From the NCBI RefSeq assembly GCF_964355755.1, contig NC_092678.1, positions 16,163,881 to 16,227,880 of the forward strand: a stretch of DNA of 64,000 nt, written 5' to 3'. A model generated the notes under the pieces. The model did not search any database and was not told the DNA's origin. It saw nothing but the letters and a program-made list of their open reading frames with translations. This stretch comes from Antedon mediterranea (Eukaryota > Animalia > Echinodermata). Below, in pieces: positions 39,317-53,131 of this stretch; positions within the stretch are counted from its first letter, which is position 1; each line of letters opens with the position of its first letter. A program made the position numbers and the translations under genes.

Positions 39317-39587
39317 CTGAAAAAAGAATATTCAAAGCTTAACTAGAAGAACCAGAATCTTCACTTGATTTATGAATTCTTACTCAGGAACCAACAAAGG
39401 GCCTGTCTAAGTCTTGAGACTTTTGGAAAAAGCATGGATTTGTTTCCCATCCTGGTAATTAACTTGTGTTACACTACAGTAAACAACAAAGTGAGTGATT
39501 AGATCATGTGACAATTGTACAAATTTAAGATTAGGGGTATTCTATACTGCAAAATTTGACCTATTTCAAACACTTCTTTTACCCTTA

Positions 39588-40234
39588 TTACTTGGCCAAA
39601 TTGAAAATTGGCCAAGTATGCTGATCTGTTCGGTTTGTGTGTTTGTATGTTTGTCATCACTCTAGCGCTCACAATTTTTATTCGAATGACTCCAATTTAC
39701 TACCATACATGTCGCCTGTTGCAAGGACAATACTGCCCATTTTTGGTGAAAATCTGGACCACGGTCCTAATTCTGGACCACTTTTTAAAATTTTTTTCAG
39801 ACCTGCTAGTGTTAAAAGATAGGACAGAATTTTCAAAAGCTGGTGAGCAGTCTTAAATTAACAAGTAAACTAAAATTGCATTTTCTCGAGAACTACTTGT
39901 TCAAAAAACTTCATTTTTGTACAAGAGGCAAGAGTTATAATTTGTGATTTGTAATTTTAAAACATAATTTGATTTAATATACAGGTTTTTTTATGCGAAT
40001 AGTTTAAAAAACCTATTTCTTTTCAAATTCACCCGTGTGTTTTTTCGCGTTGCTGTTCTATTGTTAGTTGACTGAAGCTATTGTTAAAATTGAAAGGCTT
40101 GTTACATAACCTTTACACCAAACTCGTATACACATGTTTGTAGTGGATTTAGCCTAAACCACACAGCATAAGACACACACTTTTGGTGAAAATCGGGTCA
40201 AGTTCATTAAGGCCAATTTTTAGCGAAGGCTAGT
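39588..40234 (+). mobile_element. Non-autonomous Helentron/DINE-like element (TTACTTGGCCAA type), 3' hairpin deleted
   Basis: 5' palindrome acttggccaa..ttggccaagt, ends aaggctagt; homologous to 54821-55490. Confidence 0.75.
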
Positions 40235-40681
40235 TTATTTGTTTGTCTTGTCTTCAACCATACTTGGTCTCTTGCGTAGTGTATGCGTCTGTAACCCCTG
40301 TTTGTCTCTGTCTATGAACATTGATCAGAATTTTTTTTTCATAAAAACTTTTTTTCCTGGTGGAACCTGTCTTAAAGATCTCAGAGCTTATTTGAGTTTC
40401 TATTGACACGAGGCATTAACTATTAATTTGATTTATAATTTGTTAACATATTTTGAATTTTACATGGTGTAAATAAATGAATAATAATGTTATAATCAAG
40501 AGTAGATGATTAAAACAATAGCTTGTGCTATATTTGTTAGGTATTTAATGTTAAGGTCTGTTTCAGCTCATGTCTTTAATTATACTTTTTATCTAATTTT
40601 CACTTCATTTTTTGGTCTTTTGATGCTGAAAATGTTTGTAGTTGGTCGCTTTCTTGTAGATGCTTTAATTGTACAATGTAG

Positions 40682-42242
40682 TTATTGGTTATCCGCAACT
40701 AGTAAGTTGCGGATAACCCTTGTTATTGTAAATATCTTTTTTCTTTATCTTTATTCTTCTTTCTTTCCCGGATTTTTGTGCGTCGCATATCTCTCATCCT
40801 TGTCAACATAAGATTGTATAACTTTGTCATAAGATTGGCCTGTAGCTGTAGATGTGCAAGAAACTTCGTTATATGACTTTAGAGTCGCGCAGCGTAAGTT
40901 ACGTGCGATTTTATGAATTTCAATGATTGGTCATAGATTATAAACCAAAAGTAATTTTATATTGACACTTGGTGAAAATTTAAGTTAAATTAAGGGCAAA
41001 CTTTCTATGGATTAAAAATGACATGTTTCACAAGAAGTTACGCGCGCACGCGCATTTAAAAATTAAAAATGCGCAAAATTAATTTCTAATCAACTTTCTA
41101 CGCTGATCATGACATTTTGAGCATGTCAAAAATTCCCCCGCGCGCGAAAAAAATCATGTGTTTTTCTCTTGAATTATAATTTTACGGTCTTTCCTAGTTA
41201 TTTTAAAAAAGATTGACATCATTTCAAATTAAAATGACGTCATACGAACACGTTGATTTACACCATTTGCGTGCGTTTTAGTTGCAAAAGTGACAACATA
41301 TTGTCAAAATTAAGCCTATTTTTAATCTATTATAGCTCCTCAGGATCATCCACGACCCCCAATTTTTTTAATTTAATATGTAAGCAGATATGTTGTAGAT
41401 ATGAATTCATGCCAAACCTTTACCACTCGAATGTTATGACGTCATCGTATGGCCACACGAATGTAAAATATAGGATTTTTTACTCTTTCGTTATTGCTCA
41501 TCACATTCAACAAACCGCATCTCGCTTATACGTATTCCATTTCCCCCGAAATTGTAATATTGTCTACGTCAATCAACTATCTTTCGCATGAATTAAAAAT
41601 ATTTTAATTTTTATGACGTCATCATGTCTAAAAACGTAAATAACTTGGGTCACTTATTTTCATCTTTACAGTAAATATCAATCTGTTATAGCTCGTCAGA
41701 TTAAAAAGTGATAATCATGATTAAAACGTTTTCTGGAAGCTATTGGATTGTAGATATGAATTGATGTGAATATTTTGCCAATCAGATGTTGTGACGTCAT
41801 CATATGGCCAGTTGAATTAAAAAAGTCATATTTTCATCTCTTGCGTCAAAGTTCATTGCGTTTAAACGAGAGCGCATCTCACTTTTACGTTCCCAAAATT
41901 CTTCAAATTTGTTTTAATGTAATTATTTAGATAATTATCTTCTAAAGTGGTTATCTTTATATGTCAATTTGATGATGTCATCGTGTTAATAATTGGATTT
42001 AAAAGATGGGTCTCGTAATTCCGTCTATGCTACACTGTATATAACATATACACAGTTTATTCTGTAAAATACTGTAATATGGTGTATACTACATAATAGG
42101 TACAATTCAGCACTGTAAACATTTTTATTTCATGTCAAAGGATGGCATAATAATTGTCGAGGTTCATATAGTTTAAAGTACGTGCATGTTGCGTATGCGC
42201 GGATAACCCGAACTCGTCAAAGTGACGAGTTCAAATCTAGTT
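40682..42242 (+). mobile_element. Non-autonomous Helentron/DINE-like element
   Basis: 5' palindrome ggttatccgcaact..agttgcggataacc, 3' subTIR gcggataacc, hairpin gaactcgtca..tgacgagttc, then ctagtttt. Confidence 0.78.
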
Positions 42243-43430
42243 TTGGTTTTATTTCTGTGCACTCCCTTTGCAAAAAAACCGTATACGAACGTATACGATT
42301 TACATACGTTTCGTATATGTTTCGTATAGGAAGTCCACTTCGTATACGAAACGTATACGTCAATTCGGAAGTTCCTGCCCGCATAATAAACATATACGAA
42401 CCGTATACGATCATTTATAAACAATTTCCTAATTATACGCTCCGTATACGATCCGTATATGATCCGTATACAACGACGCGTGTATACAAACTGCATCGTA
42501 TTACCAAACGAAAAGGGACTGTCCCTCTTTTTACAAGACGACGATAGCATACGTTTACGATGGCAGGAGCATCTTGACTTCAATAATTAGTGTACAATTT
42601 GGGTTTTTTTCAGTCGGTATATGTACATTAAATTCCCTATGATGATTTAGTTCATAGTTTTCGCGAATGAAAAAAATTGGTGCTGTATTTTACTAGACGT
42701 TGTTTTTCTAGCAAGCATAAAAACCCACCAAGGCTGTTCTGGGTCATTCCATCTCAGTTCACCCAAAAAAAATGGAATTTTAAACCCTACCTCTTCCAAT
42801 TTTGATGAAATTTGGTATATGGGTGATTCATAGCAATTAAAACCAAATTTTCAAATTTTAACCTTATCGGACCAACGGTTTTCGAGATATCGCAATTTCA
42901 ATTTTCGGTTTTTACGCAAAAAAGCGCGCGGCCGCCACGTTTCAAAGAGCTGTATCTCGGGAACTATAGGTTCGATTTTAAAAACAAAGGTATTTTTGTA
43001 AAGGGGAGACCATAAGGAACCTAAATATACTAATTGTGTGTGTTTTATGTTAATTTTAAGTTGAATAAAACTTTGACATATATTTTGACCTTGAAATTGA
43101 CCCCGTGGAACACGCCCAATTTGTTGGTGACTATCACGAAAAATGTAGCCCTACGTGTCAACTACAACATATAAAAAAATTGGAGGGGTTTTTTTCTTTG
43201 TTTCCATGAAATTACAATTTGAAGTTGACATACCTCTTCCTTTTAGTGTATTTTTGGTGTTGTTATACTTATACACAGTGTGAACACTAACTGTTAAGGT
43301 GTCTTATTGTTACGCTTTCTCATCAGGCCCACTTAAACAGTAGATATATTTTGATATGAGAAATACTGGGTAACTCACATACTTTTAAAATCAATTTTGA
43401 CACATAGTTTAGTGTCCTTACTATGTTATT

Positions 43431-44661
43431 ATGCACATTAACATATGCATAATAAGTGATTGCAGAGAACATACAACAGTTACTGTATATGCCTTTTTAA
43501 AGGTTGTCATCCCCTATAGAAAAACAAAACTACCAACCATGAAAAAAGTTCATTATTTCACAGATGGATGTGGCGGCCAATACAAAAACAAATATAACTT
43601 TATTAACCTTTGCCACCACCAGGAAGATTTTGGTTTAGACGCCGAGTGGAATTTTTTTGCTACATCACATGGCAAGAGTGCGTGTGATGGCATAGGTGGA
43701 ACCGTTAAGAGGCTTGTCACTATGAGAAGCTTACAGCGTTTGACTGAATGTCATATTATCACATCTCTCAGTATGTTCGACTACTGTGTAATTTTTTATT
43801 TTTATTTTATGTCTTTAGGCAATGTGGCCAAGGATTACCAATAGTGAATTAATCACTGTCCTATCAGATAGGTGGTAATCCCCCTGATACAGGGGCTATT
43901 GTGTGAACCAGTTCACCGGGGTAACCCCCTACTCTTTTTCAAATAATGAACTGGGTTCTTTAAAGTACACACATGTTATAACTGTGTACACTGGACCTAC
44001 GGTTTATAGTCCTTATCCGAGAAGACTTGTTCCACCACCAGAACTAGGAGCGAGTCGGCCTCGAACCCTTGCCGATGTTGTTGTTGGCTCTTTTAGGTAC
44101 GGTAAACGGCGCCCCTGCCTTAACCGCTCGGCCATATGACTCGCTCATATGGACATTCCAGGCATCAACTTTTTTCATGAGGGAATAGATGAGGTATCTA
44201 CTGTGGAAAAAGAAATAAAGCTGAGATTCAACCTCGCCCAGACCATCAAGGGTACATTACAATATCATCGCTTTGTTCCCGTTTCTCTGGCACAGATGCA
44301 GGTCTACAAACTTAGTACCCAGATAAACCCTCCGGATGTGGTAGTGATTCAAGAATCTTTCAGTGATGAAAATGAAATTGTTGCTGATACACAACCCACC
44401 ATTATTAGACTTCAGAATTTTGTGTGCTGTAGTTATGATGGTGTCCCATGGATTGGTTTGGTGGTGGATGTCTCACTCTCAGAAGAGTTTGGGGATTTTC
44501 AAATTAAATTTATGCATCCTCATGGGTCAGCGAAAACCTTTTATTGGCCCTCCAAAGAAGACTGTTGTTGGATTCCTGAATCAAATGTACATTGTATTAT
44601 AGCCTCTCCGTTTATAAAATCCTCTTCGACTAGGAATTACAGTATTTCCCAAAATGAGTAA
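43431..44661 (+). pseudogene. Sola2-type transposase C-terminal remnant, split by a SINE
   Basis: VHYFTDGCGGQYKN and WNFFATSHGKSACDGIGGTVKR motifs; frame continues as DIPGINFF..IKGTLQYHRFVP..FMHPHG..FYWP after the SINE. Confidence 0.85.
43792..44144 (-). mobile_element. Deu/Nin-domain tRNA-derived SINE inserted in the transposase
   Basis: A/B boxes (TGGCCGAGCGG, GGTTCGAGGCC), Deu-like CGGATAAGGACTATAAACCGTAGGTCC...AAAGAACCC...GAGTAGGGGGTTACCCCGGTG, A-rich tail. Confidence 0.83.
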
Positions 44662-47600
44662 AGGCCAGACATAGACAATTGTAACATTATAATAATATTT
44701 AGTTTGTAATAAAATTAATTTTGGAATACATCAAATTGACATTGAAGTAATGCATGGACAGACACCAAAAATACACTAAAAGGAAGAGGTATGTCAACTT
44801 CAAATTGTAATTTCATGGAAACAAAGAAAAAAACCCCTCCAATTTTTTTATATGTTGTAGTTGACACGTAGGGCTACATTTTTCATGATAGTCACCAACA
44901 AAACGGGCGTGTTCCACGGGGTCAATTTCAAGGTCAAAATATATGTCAAAGTTTTATTCAACTTAAAATTAACATAAAACACACACAATTAGTATATTTA
45001 GATTCCTTATGGTCTCCCCTTTACAAAAATACCTTTGCTTTTAAAATCGAACCTATAGTTCCCGAGATACAGCTCTTTGAAACGTGGCGGACGCGCCCTT
45101 TTTTGCGTAAAAACCGAAAATTGAAATTGCGATATCTTGAAAACCGTTGGTCCGATAAAGTTAAAATTTGAAATTTTGGCTTTAATTGCTATGAATCACC
45201 CATATACCAAATTTCATTAAAATTGGAAGAGGTAGGGTTTAACTCATTGGGTGATCTGAGATGGAATGACCCTTCTGCCTTGTTTATCCCCTCTGCTATT
45301 TCTTTACCTTTTGTATGTTCCATATAAGTGAATCATACAAAATGTGCTGTTATTAATTTGAAAGTGCTTTAAATAATATTAATGTACTTTGAAATAAATA
45401 AATAAATATTAAATTGGGCCCGCAGTATATTAAATTTAAAACGAGTAAGTAAAATCCATAAATTACGATTTAATAAAAATGTAGAATACATGTGGCTCCC
45501 TATTATATATATGGAATGATCCAAATAAATTCACCCAAAACGTGCCTGTGTTATGTGCGCTGCATGCATGCATCACATGGATGGATCAGATTTCATTCAT
45601 TTCAATCGTTGTTGATTTTTTGGCTACGGGTTTTAACTCACCATAAAAAAAAAACTGGGATGTAGGCCTGTTACAGTAGGCCCAGGTAGATAGTAAATTC
45701 GATGACTTCTAACTAGCTAGGCTATAGGCATATTGTAATTGTATATCAAATATGCAGTATATAGCTACTGCAGCAGCTCTCGCAGTTCAGTAAACTAAGA
45801 GTAAATAGGCCTGGGGAAAATACGCCAAGAAAAAGAGTCTGTGGTACACTCATTGTGAAAATAAGCTAGCTAGCTTTCCCCCATATATTAGATTTGGTTA
45901 TGTTGTATTATTTTAATAACCTACTCTAGCAGTAGTATATCAACAACGGTGAAATAGAAATACGATGCATTATGGATATCATCAGAGTTAGGGGGTGCCA
46001 ACAAAACATTCAACAGCCAGAAATACAAAAAAGAAGCTCCGACGTTTTTATTTAGAGAATTTTACTATTTTAGGCATACAGAACTAATTGCTGTAAATTT
46101 CCTAGAGTTGTCACTAATAAATACAATTTAACATAACCTACATATAACTTAAAAAATCCAAATGATAAATTGTACGCGAACGCAGTAAAACCCAACCAGT
46201 TAAATGTTTGTTAAATAATTATTTTACATCTCCCTGGTAAAATGGTACCCTACGCCCTCATTTTTATGCCTCCATCATTGATAAGCCGAGCGGTATTAAA
46301 TTATTTTTATTATCTAATTCGTAAATTAAAAAAAAAAATCGTTAATTATGTGAACCTTTGTAACTTTTTTTTGTATATGCGCGGGCGCGATACTATTTAA
46401 TAAGATAGGCTTTATTCATATCATTGGCGTGGAGTGGTAAACAACTATGAGCCTAGTTGATACCGCCTCGTAACCACGTATTGACGTTTTACTATAATAT
46501 TGAATATGCACTGTTGTGTTACTTTAAAAAAGGATGTAATAAAACTGTGTACAATATTAGTAGGTAATAGTTTTTTTGTGCCCCCTCTGTACACACGCCT
46601 GCCGGCTATTTGTTTATCATTTTAATGAATGTAGTACGAGTCTAACTCCAAATAAAGATATAGAACACATTTTGAGAATTCAAAGTGTTGATCTTTTTTA
46701 AGAATCTGATATTACCATGAATCATCTTTTTACATAATATACAGCATAAGCATGTACAATCTAATTTAATTGTCACACAATTGAATTAACAAAGGACAAG
46801 GATTTCAAATAAACTGTTACAAATAAACAATTATTAATGAAATAGTTGGGGTATTGTTGGGTCCATGGGAAATCAACAATGTTTAGTAGACTTATTTAAT
46901 TTGTTATTTAAAGTTGAGGGTAGTTATTTTTTAAACATATTGGAATACCATGAAAATAAAGAAAGATATGTTTTATGATTTCTTAATCACCAAGCAGAAA
47001 TACCACTGAGATAAATGAAAGCAATTCAATCTGTTCGCTACCGGGTATAAATTGAGATTCGATATATTGTATTTACTATCACCACTAATTGTGTTTTTTT
47101 TTTCTCGGCGGAAGTGATCGACTTCATATTCAAAATCCGAATGTATTCATCGTTAAATAATAATTATTATTATTATACAATGACCCCACTTCTGTTTTGG
47201 GTCATGGTTTTCCTCTTCGGCATTATTTTCCGAATTATTGTTACTCCATCTCCATTGCTACAACACACGTCGCAGAATAATATCGCTTAACATAACGATG
47301 TAATTTGACCACCCAAAGCTCGCACGTGGCATGACGACGAACCCGATGATTCACCCGATGATGATATGCATGATTGGCCACCAGGGAGCCGAGTCGACCA
47401 CGAGTTGGAACTGTAGGCAACCGAGCGACGCTCGGTCGTCGTCGGCGGCTGCACTTACTGACCTCTGTCAAATTTTATAAAGGAAAACTGCAAACAACAT
47501 CGTCGATTTGTGAAAATGGCCACTTGTTTTTTCTAGGCCTACCTAGTAGTATACCTGTTTAGCGTACTTTATTTACTTGCGAAAAACGTTGTTTGAATTT

Positions 47601-48433
47601 TATCGGTAGCCTAGGCTATCTAATAAATATAGAAATAAATATGATCTTATGTACTAGCTCCTCCTACTAGTACTACTTACTAATAATTAATACTAGACTA
47701 GGCCTATCTAATGGCTGGTGCTAGCTAGGCCTAACCCTAGGCCAGAGCCTACATACGTATTTGTTGTAATGACAATTTAAATGTTTTATTTAGCTCTATT
47801 CTACTCATTACTGCTATTATAATTTATAAAATGGCCTAGTTTGTTCATATATGATTCGTATACGTCCCGTATACAATATTCTTATCATGAATAAACAACG
47901 TATACGTTACGTATGCTAAACGTATACGACGCCAACTCTTTGTGGAGCAACAGAGTGGAAATAATGTAAACAGTGAAATCGTATACGATCCGTATACGTC
48001 GTATACGTTTTCAGCGTATACGGATCGTATACGACTTTTTTGCAAAGGGCTGTTCCGAGTTGACTTAAATTCAAGTTGAATTAACATGTGTACAGTACAG
48101 TAGCACCTGTTTGGTCTTTTCTTGCCTTTTATATTTCGTTTTGTCTTTTTCTTTGTATTTGGCAGAAATTGAATAAATAAAATAAATAAATGTATTTTAT
48201 ATGTATAATTAAATAAATAATAAAAAGAAAAGAGAAATTTCTATTTTATGAATTTCGAAACTTTGAAAAACAATAAAGCTACTTTGAGAAAAAAAAATAT
48301 TTTCACACAGATTTAACTATAAATATATTTTGTCATGAGAAGAAACCCTTGCATCTGACAGGATGTGAACCCAGAAACCTGGGGTTGGCAGCTAAGCATC
48401 TTACTATTGAAACGTGCACAAAACGAGACCTAC

Positions 48434-48586
48434 CTGTCCTGGAATGTTCTGCCGTACTGAGCTGTATTGATAGCAAGTCTTAATTGGAAGTCTGTGTTGC
48501 CGCCAGCATCATTGAAGATTTCTACTTCAGGATTGTTTTCAAACACATAGCCACGGTCGTCAGCTTGTTGCTCATTTAAACCAAAT
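48434..48586 (-). CDS. DD3-3-like A exon 10 (FGLNEQQADDRGYVFENNP...LRLAINTAQYGRTFQDR)
   Basis: GT-AG boundaries, phase 2/2. Confidence 0.93.
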
Positions 48587-48949
48587 CTACAGACACAGAA
48601 ATAAATTATTTGGATAAAAATTATTTAGGCAATTAAGGGAGCAGTATGGGAAGTGAATGATAAGGAATATCGGCTTATTCATTTAATCAAATCTACCGAC
48701 AGTCATAAAGTATTCGTCAGAAATGGCCAAAATCCTTTACATTTTGCTTTCTGGTTATTTAGGCAAGCAATTGCTCAGAGAAAGAGAGTGTCTGCAGCTC
48801 TAAATATGTGCATGTGAGAGGCATGGGTTCGAGACCTGTCTGTGTCATTTTACTTGCATTCGTAGGCAAGATACATTACTCTCATTGCTTTTTCTTTCAG
48901 TTAGGATGTAAAACTATTAGTACCATGTGTATACATTACACAAAAAGTG

Positions 48950-49368
48950 TTTAAACCGATACAGTTGTTCAAGTTTCAACCTTTACAGTTGGTCGGGTTT
49001 AAACTGATACGGTTGGTCAGGTTTCAACTGGTACAGTTGGTCGGGTTTCAACTGGTACGGTTGGTCAGGTTTAAACTGGTACGGTTGGTCAGGTTTAAAC
49101 TGGTACGGTTGGTCAAGTTTAAACTGGTACGTTTGATCAGCTTTCTATCAGTACGGTTGGTCAGGTTTAAACTGGTACGGTTGGTCAGGTTTAAACTGGT
49201 ACGGTTGATCAGCTTTCAATCAGTACGGTTGGTCAGGTTTAAACTGGTACAGTTGGTCAGGTTTAAACTGGTACGGTTGGTCATGTTTCAACCGGTATGG
49301 TTGGTCAGGTTTCAACTGGTAGGGTTGGTCAGCTTTCAATAAGTACGGTTTGTCAGGTTTCAACCTGA
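48950..49368. repeat. 21-bp minisatellite (aactggtacggttggtcaggt-like unit)
   Basis: About 19 tandem copies in an intron. Confidence 0.93.
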
Positions 49369-49440
49369 CCACTTTTTGACTGGCCATCCACATTGATTAA
49401 TTAGATTCATTGGTTTTATTTGAAATAATATTATGTTTAC

Positions 49441-49542
49441 CTTTCTCCAATATTAAGCTGGCTTGCTTGATTGTTTCCTGCTGCATTGTATCTTGCATCA
49501 GTATCATTCCAGCCTTCATATTCACCAGTTGAAATGTTGTAC
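49441..49542 (-). CDS. DD3-3-like A exon 9 (YNISTGEYEGW...)
   Basis: GT-AG boundaries, phase 2/2. Confidence 0.9.
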
Positions 49543-49746
49543 CTAGAACACACAAAAAAAATATAAACAAGGAAACTCTAAAAACAATGCCTTTTGGAAG
49601 CACAGCTGGCCCATCTACAAAAGTTACATCTTTGTGTTGAAAAAAATGAAGTTGGGGAAGAGGGTGGGGAAAATCCACCTCTGATGGTGGATTTGGACAC
49701 CATCGAAAAAGGACTTAGAGTGAACATAACGTATTAATCATCTTAC

Positions 49747-49949
49747 CTAATTCTCATTGCGCATCTTTCGTGCTGTATTTCAGGCACTGTCCAATTAAAT
49801 GTGTTTGTTTGTCCGTTGATTCCATTTCCTAAGTGGTTGTCACGACTCCAGTGGTTTTCTCTACAAATTGGTGCCGCTATGCCGTGTGCAGGGAACCTCT
49901 TCCATACTCCACGCTCACCATCCGGATCATCCTCTGGATACACAATGTT
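49747..49949 (-). CDS. DD3-3-like A exon 8 (NIVYPEDD...WSRDNHLGNG...FNWTVP...RCAMRIR)
   Basis: GT-AG boundaries, phase 0/2. Confidence 0.93.
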
Positions 49950-50523
49950 CTGTCAAGTAAAGAGCAAATGTTATTCTTTCTTCAAAGATTAGTGCCAGCA
50001 ACACTCAAAATTATGTTACTGCAGTAAACATGTGATTTTAGTTTGTTCCAATATAAGGTTATGAATCAGTCACTGCACTATAAACAATGTGAATAATAAC
50101 TCCCAAAAAATTTGCTTGCATAAAATGGTTAAAGATAAACAAAAGGTAGTTACTGAAGAAGAATAATTTTAATATGGTACCAAAAGTATTGTGAAGTGAC
50201 GCGTTCCATCTAGCCTCTAACATTGGGTAAAAATGGAAGCAGTTGATTCATTTACAATAAAACCACTCTTTTGGAACACACCTACTGTATATTGGGGCCA
50301 CACTTATATGGGGGATACACCTATTAAAGGAATATTTTCCAGTGAAACAAACAAGGGGAAATATGTTTTACTACATGACCAGCCCTATTCAGAGCATACC
50401 CCCATTATGGGGACACTTTTGGTCCCTTATAGGGATTATACTTTTAATAATACAATAGTTAAAATCAGTACTTTGAAAAACATTCCTCAGTCATGTATAT
50501 ATATATATATATGATAAACTTAC

Positions 50524-50691
50524 TTCGCAGTCGACTTGGTTTGTTGGAATAGCAGCATCATTATTTCTGGTATTTAGATTTGCACGAATAAATGCCTTTG
50601 GAACAACACATGCATACCGTGATTTCACGTTAAAACTCTCGCTTTGGTAGTACTCACAGCGTGAAGGGTCATTGGTCAAAACAGCAATGTC
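50524..50691 (-). CDS. DD3-3-like A exon 7 (DIAVLTNDPSRCEYYQSESFNVKSR...CE)
   Basis: GT-AG boundaries, phase 0/0. Confidence 0.92.
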
Positions 50692-51242
50692 CTACAGTTA
50701 AAAAGAAAAATGGGTTAATTACAAATTAAGAAAAAAATACTTTTAAAGTGTTAAAAATACACACAAAATATTTTTTTTTTTCGTCATAAAATTTATGAAC
50801 CACTTTAGAAATCAATGCTTTAGCACTTAAAAGATCATTCAGTATAAAGACAGAATAAATAAATAAATGGTGATAAATTTATATTATACACACGTAAATT
50901 GACCAAGAAAACTAGACCAACAGTGGAAGTAATGGTAAATAGGCTTATCCATCTAGGCTCATGCTCCCTTTGTGGAAAAAATAACTCCTATAAAAACTAC
51001 CGGCTTGCCCCTGCTTTTTGCTCTAAATACAAGTTTGTAATAATATAAGAAAACAAATTCACAATTCATGGTTAATTGTTTGATAAATGAAAAAAAAATT
51101 AGCATAGTTCATGAACTATAGCACTTGTGGCGAGTCTTGTTCAATGAAAATTTCTACTTTTCGATTTACATCTCACTCTTTGAGTAGAAAGGACTATTGT
51201 CGGTTTATCCATAAGCTAGGCACGAAATAGACTGTGAATTAC

Positions 51243-51359
51243 CTTCCAAGGATCGGGATGCCAGTACGGATAGTAGTCTCGTTCCTCAGGGCATTCATAC
51301 CCTCTTCTTGTTCCCTGTGGATTCTGCCTGGTGAATCTAGCAGTGTCACCTTTTAAATT
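51243..51359 (-). CDS. DD3-3-like A exon 6 ([39 protein letters not shown])
   Basis: GT-AG boundaries, phase 0/0; hallmark motif [14 protein letters not shown]. Confidence 0.94.
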
Positions 51360-52128
51360 CTATACAACAACAAAAAAATGATTTTTTGGGTATATTGTAA
51401 GCAAATAAAATGAAAGAGAAACACATGTAGTACTTTATCAGTAGTAGTATAGGGGACAAGCAATAGAGAGGTTTCGCAATCTTACGAATACGATAACGAA
51501 AACGGATACGTCACGGACACGTATTTGTTTTCGTAAGCCATAAAAAAATCTGTTTCGCATGGTAACAAAATATTGAGGCGCGTCCAAAATATGACTGCGG
51601 TAAATTTGAGCGAAGCGCAGGTACGTGTTGCTTGGTGCTTGGCTGCCAAGGCCTAGCGTAACATTAAAGCGAGTGAGGACTTTAAAAACTGCTATTTATC
51701 AAAATTTACTTGGCATTTTAGTCAATTACTTTAGTAAATTACTTTCAATAAATCTATAATTATATTATAATCATGAATCATTCCTGATTCAAATGCAAAA
51801 TGTGCAAAATAGATCAAAAACTATACTCGTTTTGTAGTTACGAATATGACTGGTGATATTCGTCAACACGAATACGCTTTACGAATATGAAATAGGGATC
51901 AGTCTACACTATCAAATTTTACATGAAAAATGTGATGTGCCCATATATGGACATGATGATGTCATATCACTACATATTTAGTCACACTTTTATTGTCAAA
52001 CTAGTTTGGTAGTATTTGGTGATCTTAGCTTTAAAAGTAGAACATTGGCAATTTTCATGGGAAATTGCTCCCATAATCTTGGAATTAAAACTTACAATTA
52101 CAAATGTTTATTTTAATGATTGTTTTAC

Positions 52129-52267
52129 CTGATCAGCTGTGAACAAGCCTTCATTTCTTTGCCTCAGTTTACAGTCAATATAATAGTCATAGTTTTCTTG
52201 CATACCAAACCGTGTATCTCGGTTACAATCATAGTTGTTACAGTTGGCGGGGTTGTCAGGAATCGTA
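52129..52267 (-). CDS. DD3-3-like A exon 5 (TIPDNPANC...RQRNEGLFTADQ)
   Basis: GT-AG boundaries, phase 2/0. Confidence 0.92.
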
Positions 52268-53035
52268 CTATTGAATAAAACATAAAATACCTAAATTAAT
52301 TACTGTTATATGATTTGACGATTGTGGGTCACATGGCGTACAATAGTATGAAATGTTTAACGATTGTGTGTGTTTTTTTTTATTATTTCATATACGAAAA
52401 AAAAAATGTCGCGTACGAAAAAAATAAAAATCTGTTTGAAATCAGCAGAATCGTCTGTTGTTCTGCGAACGGAAGAAGCAACACACACACGCAATTTGTC
52501 CTTCACAACAACAACAAGATCAGAAAAATGGCAATGGCAAGAATTTATGACAAGATGTATGTTTTCATATTTGTGTGATGGTACAAATAATTGAATTTGA
52601 AATTCTATTTTAACTCAGGCCTGGCCTCGTGAAATAGAATTTAAGAATCTTTCACCGATCCCTGAGACAGTTATTTAGTTACTTATTTATTGCTACCATT
52701 TAACTTATTGTAAATGTATGCTTCTTTTATTTCTTGAACTGTTCCTATAAATGTTGAATGAACGAATGAAATTATTTTTACCATAAACATTCATTATTTG
52801 TATAATCATTTTATAAGAAAAAACAAAGCAAGAAGACGAATAGGGTGGCTATTATTCAAATATGCTGATTACTATATCTCACATATTTTTATTTATGTTA
52901 ATATTAAGACTGCACCCTTTTCTTAGAGATACAGATTTTAAATTTTTACTTCCTTTATAAAAAACTTGCCAGTGAATTTAATATAGGAATTGAACTTGAG
53001 CAATTGTTCACACAACATCTCTGATTGTGTGTTAC

Positions 53036-53131
53036 CTTGTTGTGGTTCCATCTCGTATCCAGTCTCCACACATATATTGCAATATGATTTCACAGTGATT
53101 ATTCTGATCTCCACATGAATGCTGGTTAGTC
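53036..53131 (-). CDS. DD3-3-like A exon 4 (TNQHSCGDQNNHCEIILQYMCGDWIRDGTTT)
   Basis: GT-AG boundaries, phase 2/2. Confidence 0.92.

Larger units (their letters stand above)
42741..45272 (+). mobile_element. Sola2-like DNA transposon, internally deleted
   Basis: ~510-bp TIRs (42741-43260, 44762-45272) starting GGGTCATTCC, 4-bp TSD TTCT, transposase remnant inside. Confidence 0.85.
42264..48049. mobile_element. Non-autonomous CACTA/EnSpm (CMC)-like DNA transposon
   Basis: TIR CCCTTTGCAAAAAA / TTTTTTGCAAAGGG, 2-bp CT on both flanks, many CGTATACG subterminal repeats at both ends. Confidence 0.78.

Noticed and set aside
42173-42583. Tyr/Arg-rich ORFs here and at 47845-48087
   Set aside because: Translation of CGTATACG subterminal repeats of the transposon
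17343-44139. Similar ORFs at 17343 and 43903 (VYSPYP..LVPPPELGASRPRT)
   Set aside because: Antisense translation of two copies of the same SINE
48947-49342. 131-aa LVRLVRF repeat ORF
   Set aside because: 21-bp intronic minisatellite
5688-50160. Other CTGAnGA cores (e.g. ~5689, 13882, 18706, 31610, 50153, and minus-strand ~29511, 43320, 45979) as additional hammerheads
   Set aside because: No stem II plus GAAA plus NUH arrangement
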